From Hanamia sp. (GTDB lineage: Bacteria > Bacteroidota > Bacteroidia > Chitinophagales > Chitinophagaceae): 64,000 bases of DNA. Location of the stretch: assembly GCA_035532615.1 (NCBI GenBank), contig DATKQQ010000076.1, positions 483 to 64,482 on the forward strand, written 5' to 3'. Every line of letters starts with the position of its first letter. The first letter of the stretch is position 1. The translations under genes were made by a program, and so were the position numbers. Shown piece after piece: positions 58,676-64,000 of the stretch. The notes below the pieces were generated by a model. The model made no database searches. It worked only from the letters and a program-made list of their open reading frames with translations, and was not told the DNA's origin.

Positions 58676-58745
58676 TACGCGTTAGGGATTGCAGCAAAGT
58701 ACCATGTACTGCGGAAAGCCCGACCCGACGGCAGGAGGGGAACGC
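58676..58745 (+). repeat. 70-bp direct repeat, copy 1
   Basis: TACGCGTTAGGGATTGCAGCAAAGTACCATGTACTGCGGAAAGCCCGACCCGACGGCAGGAGGGGAACGC. 67/70 identical to 60892-60961. Confidence 0.9.
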
Positions 58746-58963
58746 TCGAAGAAATTGCTTAAACTCTCAATTTATACTCGTTATTTCTGATCTATTCTGT
58801 GATCTACACTTTTTCATAAGTAATGATTTGTCTTACATTTGAATTAAGAAATCATTAAATGATGCGAGGGTTTAACCGGATAAAAAGGTATTATAGTAGC
58901 CTTTAAAAATAGGGACATGACTGAATTTAAATTACATTAAATTCATCCTAAAAGTACTTCTTA

Positions 58964-59515
58964 ATGTTTCTCAATATTATTCATCTTGCTCAAAGGGTTG
59001 ACAGATTGCAACTCTTAAAAGATGAAATTGCAACTCAAAAAATTAGCAACTTTAAAATGTGGGAAGGAGTTGTTGATAATACACTTACCAGACGAGGGAT
59101 TTCCAGAGCACATAAAAATATTATCAGGCATGCTAAATTGCAAGGGTCTCAATCGGTTTTAATTGGTGAAGATGATTTGCATTTTACGGCTCCCGGTGCA
59201 TTCAATTTTTATCTTGCAAATATCCCGGATGATTTTGATATCTATTTGGGAGGTATTGTCTATGGAAATATAGACGAAAACAATTTGACAACTGATTTTT
59301 CAGGGACTACGCTTTATATTATTCATGAACGTTTTTATGATCAAATGCTGGCATTGCCGGAAGATCAGCATATCGACCGGGCACTGCGGAATTGCGGTAA
59401 ATTTGTGGTATGCAACCCCATGGCCGTTATTCCGCACAATGGTTATAGCGATAACAGAAAGCGGTATGTCGATTATGAGCCATATTTTAATGGAAAAAAT
59501 TTATTTAATGGCTAA
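58964..59515 (+). CDS. Glycosyltransferase family 25-like protein
   Basis: N-terminal IIHLAQRVDRLQLL resembles the GT25 INL..R.DR signature. 183 aa. Confidence 0.5.
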   Translation: MFLNIIHLAQRVDRLQLLKDEIATQKISNFKMWEGVVDNTLTRRGISRAHKNIIRHAKLQGSQSVLIGEDDLHFTAPGAFNFYLANIPDDFDIYLGGIVYGNIDENNLTTDFSGTTLYIIHERFYDQMLALPEDQHIDRALRNCGKFVVCNPMAVIPHNGYSDNRKRYVDYEPYFNGKNLFNG

Positions 59516-60213
59516 GAATTGTCATCCTTTCCAGGAGATGCTATTTCTTTCATGTTATTTATAATATAGTCGACAGCCGGAGGTGAACTTGTGGCGGTGT
59601 GCGCATAAATCCATTCCTCAATATTAGGGTTGTCTAAAAATGATGCAAATTCTTCTGCTAGGTAACCCCGAAGAGAAAGGCTTGCTGTTTTAATTTCGCT
59701 CCAAATGGAATCCCGGTTATCGAGTACAAATATAAGATCTTCAAAGTCATGACTTAAACGACCATCGCCACTTCCACGGTTTTTAAACGCTTCAATCTTT
59801 GTGGCGATGAAATATTCTGCCGGCAATATTTTGATTTTGGTGGTTTCATCAATCTCAAAGTCAACCGAAGCTTTGAAACCTTCTTCATACCATTTATTAG
59901 CAAATCCTAAAATTTCAGGAGATGTGGGCATTAAGTCAACTATGATATCTCCAAGAATATAACGGCCCAGAAATTTTGCGTTCATATCATTTACAAAACC
60001 TAATTGCCTCACTCTTTCTTCAAGATCAGCGAAGTCCCACCGGCTCCATATTTCGACAAGTATGTCCACGTCTTTTGTTGGACGAACTTCCTCAGCCATC
60101 CTTTCCGCATAAAGAGATACAGTAGCTCCCCCTACAAAAACCATGTTGTCTTTAAGTGTCTCAAGAGCACTTTTTACTTCTTTGATGCGGCTAATATTAA
60201 CACTATGGCTCAT
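59512..60213 (-). CDS. Pol-beta-fold nucleotidyltransferase, AbiEii-like
   Basis: FVGGATVSLYAERMAEEVRPTKDVDILV matches the GG..l.ly...R.T.D.D motif. 4-nt ATGA overlap with the upstream gene. Confidence 0.55.
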   Translation of the reverse strand: MSHSVNISRIKEVKSALETLKDNMVFVGGATVSLYAERMAEEVRPTKDVDILVEIWSRWDFADLEERVRQLGFVNDMNAKFLGRYILGDIIVDLMPTSPEILGFANKWYEEGFKASVDFEIDETTKIKILPAEYFIATKIEAFKNRGSGDGRLSHDFEDLIFVLDNRDSIWSEIKTASLSLRGYLAEEFASFLDNPNIEEWIYAHTATSSPPAVDYIINNMKEIASPGKDDNS

Positions 60214-60725
60214 TCTATAATCATTTTATTTAATTCTTCAAGAGCTATTTGTAGTTCCCTCATTCTGCCTACTCTCACAACGTCTATCAGTGCGAGCATT
60301 TTGTATAACTTTTCGTCTAATATAACAGCTTTTACTACTTCTTTATATAGCGGTTCTATTGACAGTCCTCTCACAGATCCCCTTTCTGTCGGCCAGACAT
60401 AATTTATCTCTGATCTAAATTGATGTTGCATGAAAGGATGAGAGTGGGCAGTATAAATACCGTTGACCATTGCACCTGGTTTTGCCGGATATACATAGCG
60501 AAGGCCATATTCAATGAAATTAAGCAAGGATTGCCGGTAAACTTTCTTTTTGTCTGCGCCTATTAATCCGGCAACCTGATTCCTGTGTAATGATTCAGAA
60601 ATCTCCGACTGGCTAATAAACAGTTCGTTGGAAAGGTCCTGATGCCTCCAGGGAGTATTTCCCTTTGATATAATTTTCAATAAAACTGCGATATCCTGCG
60701 GTCGCATTCCGCTGTGATTTTTCAT
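60210..60725 (-). CDS. Putative winged-helix regulator (AbiEi-like antitoxin candidate)
   Basis: 171 aa. N-terminal wHTH-like MRPQDIAVLLKIISKG...HQDLSNELFISQSEISESLHR. Translationally coupled to the NTase. Confidence 0.45.
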   Translation of the reverse strand: MKNHSGMRPQDIAVLLKIISKGNTPWRHQDLSNELFISQSEISESLHRNQVAGLIGADKKKVYRQSLLNFIEYGLRYVYPAKPGAMVNGIYTAHSHPFMQHQFRSEINYVWPTERGSVRGLSIEPLYKEVVKAVILDEKLYKMLALIDVVRVGRMRELQIALEELNKMIIE

Positions 60726-60751
60726 AAAGCAAATATAATTGTTTTTATCGT

Positions 60752-60768
60752 AAATCGCAAATCGCGAT
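60752..60768. promoter_or_regulatory. AAATCGC AAATCGC GAT motif containing the 8-bp palindrome ATCGCGAT
   Basis: Lies 27-43 bp upstream of the wHTH gene start. Candidate autoregulatory operator. Confidence 0.3.
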
Positions 60769-60891
60769 ATGAGATATGGCTAACTAGTGAAAACTCATAT
60801 GCTATGGTAAAAGCAAGTTATTAAAATACAGGAATTCCCCAAAATAAGCTGAAAGCATTATAATCTACTCTTGCCAGATTTCCATCATTAA

Positions 60892-60961
60892 TACGTGTTA
60901 GGGATCGCAGCAAAGTACCATGTACTGCGGAAAGCCCGACCCGACGGCAGGAGGGAAACGC
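60892..60961 (+). repeat. 70-bp direct repeat, copy 2
   Basis: 67/70 identical to 58676-58745 and in the same orientation. Confidence 0.9.
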
Positions 60962-61076
60962 CCAAAAGGAAAAAAAATCAAATTATAAAAGAGATCATTC
61001 TTTTCTTTCCTTACAGATCGAAATAAAACTTTTTCCGATTTTTAGCTATGAAGCTATCAATCATGATGGTAACAAT

Positions 61077-61119
61077 TTTTCCCTATTTCGCAAATCACTT
61101 TTCCCTATTTCGCAAATCA
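61077..61119. repeat. Tandem 21-mer TTTTCCCTATTTCGCAAATCA x2 (22-bp period)
   Basis: Perfect copies at 61077-61097 and 61099-61119, 45 bp upstream of the TonB-dependent receptor start. Confidence 0.9.
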
Positions 61120-61163
61120 TTTGATGCTATGCATACTTCTTTTGCAGAAATAAATCTGTAAAA

Positions 61164-63338
61164 ATGAATATTAGAAGAATCATACTGTCAATAATTATAT
61201 TACAAGTATCCATTACTGTTAACGCGCAGAACAGCGACTCAGCCAAAACCTTAAAGGAAATCATCGTGCCCCGTTATAAAACATTGAACGGAGTGGGGCA
61301 TTTATTAGGAAGCCAGGATGCTATTATTTATACCGGCAAGAAAACTGAGGTAATTATTGTCGATAGCCTTGATGCAAATAAAGCCATCAACAATACACGC
61401 CAGATTCTTGGCAGAATTCCGGGATTAAATATTGTTGAGACCGAAAGCAGCGGGTTTACTGCAAACGGAATTGGGACAAGAGGTTTAAATCCTACGCAAA
61501 GTATTGAAATGAATACAAGGCAAAACGGGTATAACATCAGCGCCGATGTTTATGGTTATAATGAAGCCTATTATATTCCTCCCATGGAGGGTGTAAGAAG
61601 AATTGAAATGGTAAGAGGCGCTGCTTCATTGCAATTCGGCGCTCAGTTTGGCGGATTGGTAAACTACGTAACAGAAGATGCTCCCAAAGACAAAGCTTTT
61701 CAATTTGTAACTTCTCAAACGGGAGGCAGTTATGGAATGTTTAATACTTTCAATTCTATCGGTGGAAATTATAAAAAGTTAAAATACTATGGTTTTCTTC
61801 AATATAGAAATATGGATGGTTACCGGCCAAACAGTCAGCAGTGGCAGCTTTCAGGCTTTGGAAAGGTGGAATATGAAGTCTCAGAGAAAATGAATATCGG
61901 CCTTGAATATTCTTTGCTGCGCAATAGAATACAAATGCCGGGAGGATTATCAGACAGCCTTTTTAATGCAAATCCCAAAGCTTCTATTCGCGCAAGAAAC
62001 TGGCTTAAAAGCCCCTGGAATATTTTAAGTAATTCTATAAATATAAAACCAAATGAAAATACGACTGTCAGCATAAAGGCAACGTATATTTTCAGTAATC
62101 GTTCTTTGGTGTGGAGAAACGAGGATGGAGGTCCTGGCGCCTTAGATATTATTGACCCGGCAACCAGCCAGTTTGTGCCAAGAGAAGTAGGGAAAGAGGA
62201 TATGCATAGTGTAGCAAGTGAAGTGCGATTTTCAACTAACTATTTATTGGGGAAAACTAAATCTACAATTGCCGGTGGTGTTAGGTTTGGTTACGCATGG
62301 TTTAAAAGAATGGGTGGAGGTGAAGGTACTACAGGAAGTGACTTTGACTTATCGATCAAAGGTGATTGGGGATATAATTTAAATTTTACCACGCTTAACA
62401 TAGCTCCATTTTTTGAGAATATTTTCAGGTTGGGGAGATATTTTTCAATAACACCTGGATTAAGGTTTGAATATTTAAAAACTACTGAAAAAGGTTATAA
62501 AATTGTTGACAATGTAAAACTAGTCCCCAATGATGATCGCGTAAGGACATTTCCATTATTCGGAGTTGGTTTGGAATATAAAATATCGAATAACACCAAT
62601 TTGTACAGTAATATAAGCCAGAATTACAGACCTATTGACTATAGCCAAATGGAGCCATTTGGTGTAACTTCAAAGATTGACCCTAACTTAAAAGACGCTT
62701 ATGGGTTTAATTCGGATTTTGGCTATAGAGGTACTATAAAAAATTATTTGAATTTCGATGTCAGCTTATTTTATTTGGCCTATAATAACCGGATTGGTGT
62801 TGTTGTAAAGACAGACACGTCATCAGGAACGGAGTATTCTTATAGAACCAATTTTGCCAATAGCGTGCATAAAGGTTTGGAAGCGTATGTAGAATTTAAT
62901 ATTTTAAAATATCTGAATCAGCATTCAAAACAAGGACTAAGCGTATTTAATTCATTCGCCTATATTGATGCACGATACACCAGTGGAGAATATAAAGGAA
63001 ATCGGGTAGAAGCTGCGGCGAAAGAAATAGAAAGAGTGGGGTTGAATTATAATAACAAAAAGTTTTCATCCACCTTCCAATTGAATTATGTAGGTGATGC
63101 TTTTGGAGATGCAACCAATGTAAAAGTGAGTGCTGATCCAATCGCCGGTTACATTCCTGCTTATATCGTTTTAGATTTCAGCGCTACTTATAAAATCAAT
63201 AATTACTCTTTAAAAGGTGGTGTAAATAATCTTGCTGACCAATCCTATTTTACGCGCAGGACAGACGAATATCCAGGCCCCGGAATAATCCCTGCTGTTG
63301 GAAGAAGTTTTTACCTGGGATTTACTGCTAAGTTTTAA
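61164..63338 (+). CDS. TonB-dependent receptor (siderophore-type size)
   Basis: Signal peptide, plug domain, 22-strand-sized barrel and terminal ...GFTAKF. Confidence 0.9.
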   Translation: MNIRRIILSIIILQVSITVNAQNSDSAKTLKEIIVPRYKTLNGVGHLLGSQDAIIYTGKKTEVIIVDSLDANKAINNTRQILGRIPGLNIVETESSGFTANGIGTRGLNPTQSIEMNTRQNGYNISADVYGYNEAYYIPPMEGVRRIEMVRGAASLQFGAQFGGLVNYVTEDAPKDKAFQFVTSQTGGSYGMFNTFNSIGGNYKKLKYYGFLQYRNMDGYRPNSQQWQLSGFGKVEYEVSEKMNIGLEYSLLRNRIQMPGGLSDSLFNANPKASIRARNWLKSPWNILSNSINIKPNENTTVSIKATYIFSNRSLVWRNEDGGPGALDIIDPATSQFVPREVGKEDMHSVASEVRFSTNYLLGKTKSTIAGGVRFGYAWFKRMGGGEGTTGSDFDLSIKGDWGYNLNFTTLNIAPFFENIFRLGRYFSITPGLRFEYLKTTEKGYKIVDNVKLVPNDDRVRTFPLFGVGLEYKISNNTNLYSNISQNYRPIDYSQMEPFGVTSKIDPNLKDAYGFNSDFGYRGTIKNYLNFDVSLFYLAYNNRIGVVVKTDTSSGTEYSYRTNFANSVHKGLEAYVEFNILKYLNQHSKQGLSVFNSFAYIDARYTSGEYKGNRVEAAAKEIERVGLNYNNKKFSSTFQLNYVGDAFGDATNVKVSADPIAGYIPAYIVLDFSATYKINNYSLKGGVNNLADQSYFTRRTDEYPGPGIIPAVGRSFYLGFTAKF

Positions 63339-63412
63339 AGGAATATGATTGCGGGGGGATCGTAAGGCAAAATACTCTATGTGAGAATTCCAGGCTATTG
63401 ATAAAAAATTGT

Positions 63413-63846
63413 TTCACTAAGAAGGCCGTAATTTAAAATACTCTTCATAGGTGAAAAATATATACAAATCTTTACTTTAGGATCGGCCCCTTTTTGAATG
63501 GACACCGCCGCTTTTATTTTAGCTTAGTCATTCATTTGGTCATACGTCAGATCGAATATTTTCTGGATTGCTGATTTTAATTCTGCTTCCTCTTCTTTTA
63601 TAAAATCATCAGCTTATATTTTTGATAACTGGTCCATTATGGTTTTCTCTGCATCCCATTTTTTATGGTAATAAAAATTACCATGTTGAATATGAAATAA
63701 AGTTTTTAAAAATTTAATGTTGGCCATTTCATCTTCAGTAAGCTTTTCATCTTCATAGGTTATTTTTATATAGGCAAAAATCAGGCGCAAAAAATCAACA
63801 GAAGCTACAGACCTGTTAACGCCATAGTTTAGCAGAATTTTATCAA
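63413..63846 (-). pseudogene. Decayed, 5'-truncated paralog of the gene at 57224-57652
   Basis: About 430-bp alignment by hand. At least two nonsense changes relative to copy A (TAT to TAA and TAC to TAA). Homology ends abruptly at 63846. Confidence 0.75.
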
Positions 63847-64000
63847 AAATTAATACAAATCATCCCGGCCATCTTTCCCTGTTCTGATCTTTACAATTTG
63901 TTCCACCTCCGAAACATAAATGAGACCATCATAGAGCAAGTTGCTTTATCTCATCTACACTATCTTCTTTTTTAAAAGTTGTGCATTTATTGCTACAACT

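Noticed and set aside
59325-59564. 79-aa ORF in an alternative frame within the GT25-like gene
   Set aside because: It overlaps the longer GT25-like frame and the convergent NTase gene, and nothing supports it.
1-64000. CRISPR array
   Set aside because: No series of evenly spaced direct repeats of about 28-37 bp separated by unique spacers was seen. The tandem repeats found (12-bp, 22-bp period) have no spacers.

Overview
This is a low-GC, Bacteroidota-like chromosome segment, judged from the SusC/SusD pair, lipobox lipoproteins and an archaeal/eukaryote-type ProRS. Positions 1-29.4 kb are housekeeping: a desaturase and CFA-synthase-like methyltransferase, a Tat-dependent FAD/GMC oxidoreductase cluster, an APC permease, proS, glnS, tRNA-Val(TAC), pckA and fbp. 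This stretch also holds a six-gene aromatic amino-acid operon (pheA, aminotransferase, tyrA, DAHP synthase/chorismate mutase, aroB, aroA). That operon is preceded by an F/Y-rich leader peptide with an attenuator. Positions 29.6-37.2 kb carry AraC, MauE, a small secreted protein and a TlpA-SusC-SusD locus. Positions 37.3-60.9 kb form an accessory/defence island with no integrase or transposase in the window. It contains two diverged small-gene-plus-structured-3'-element modules, a roughly 200-nt highly structured non-coding element, and an XRE gene next to a truncated GH108. The strongest candidate system is a cyclase / stand-alone E2-like / patatin operon that looks like an E2-only CBASS. Next come three unknown small proteins and a 1-kb non-coding gap. 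A type I R-M operon follows, expanded by embedded cassettes: a DUF1016 nuclease, a PHP-ABC ATPase, an AlbA_2 regulator and a RhuM fragment. Three of these cassettes are followed by a visible scar of an hsd gene junction. The island ends with a bPH-SHOCT protein, then GT25 and an AbiE-like wHTH/NTase pair bracketed by 70-bp direct repeats. A TonB-dependent receptor and a decayed second copy of a 430-bp gene segment close the window. All calls rest on motif reading and hand alignment; no database search was possible.
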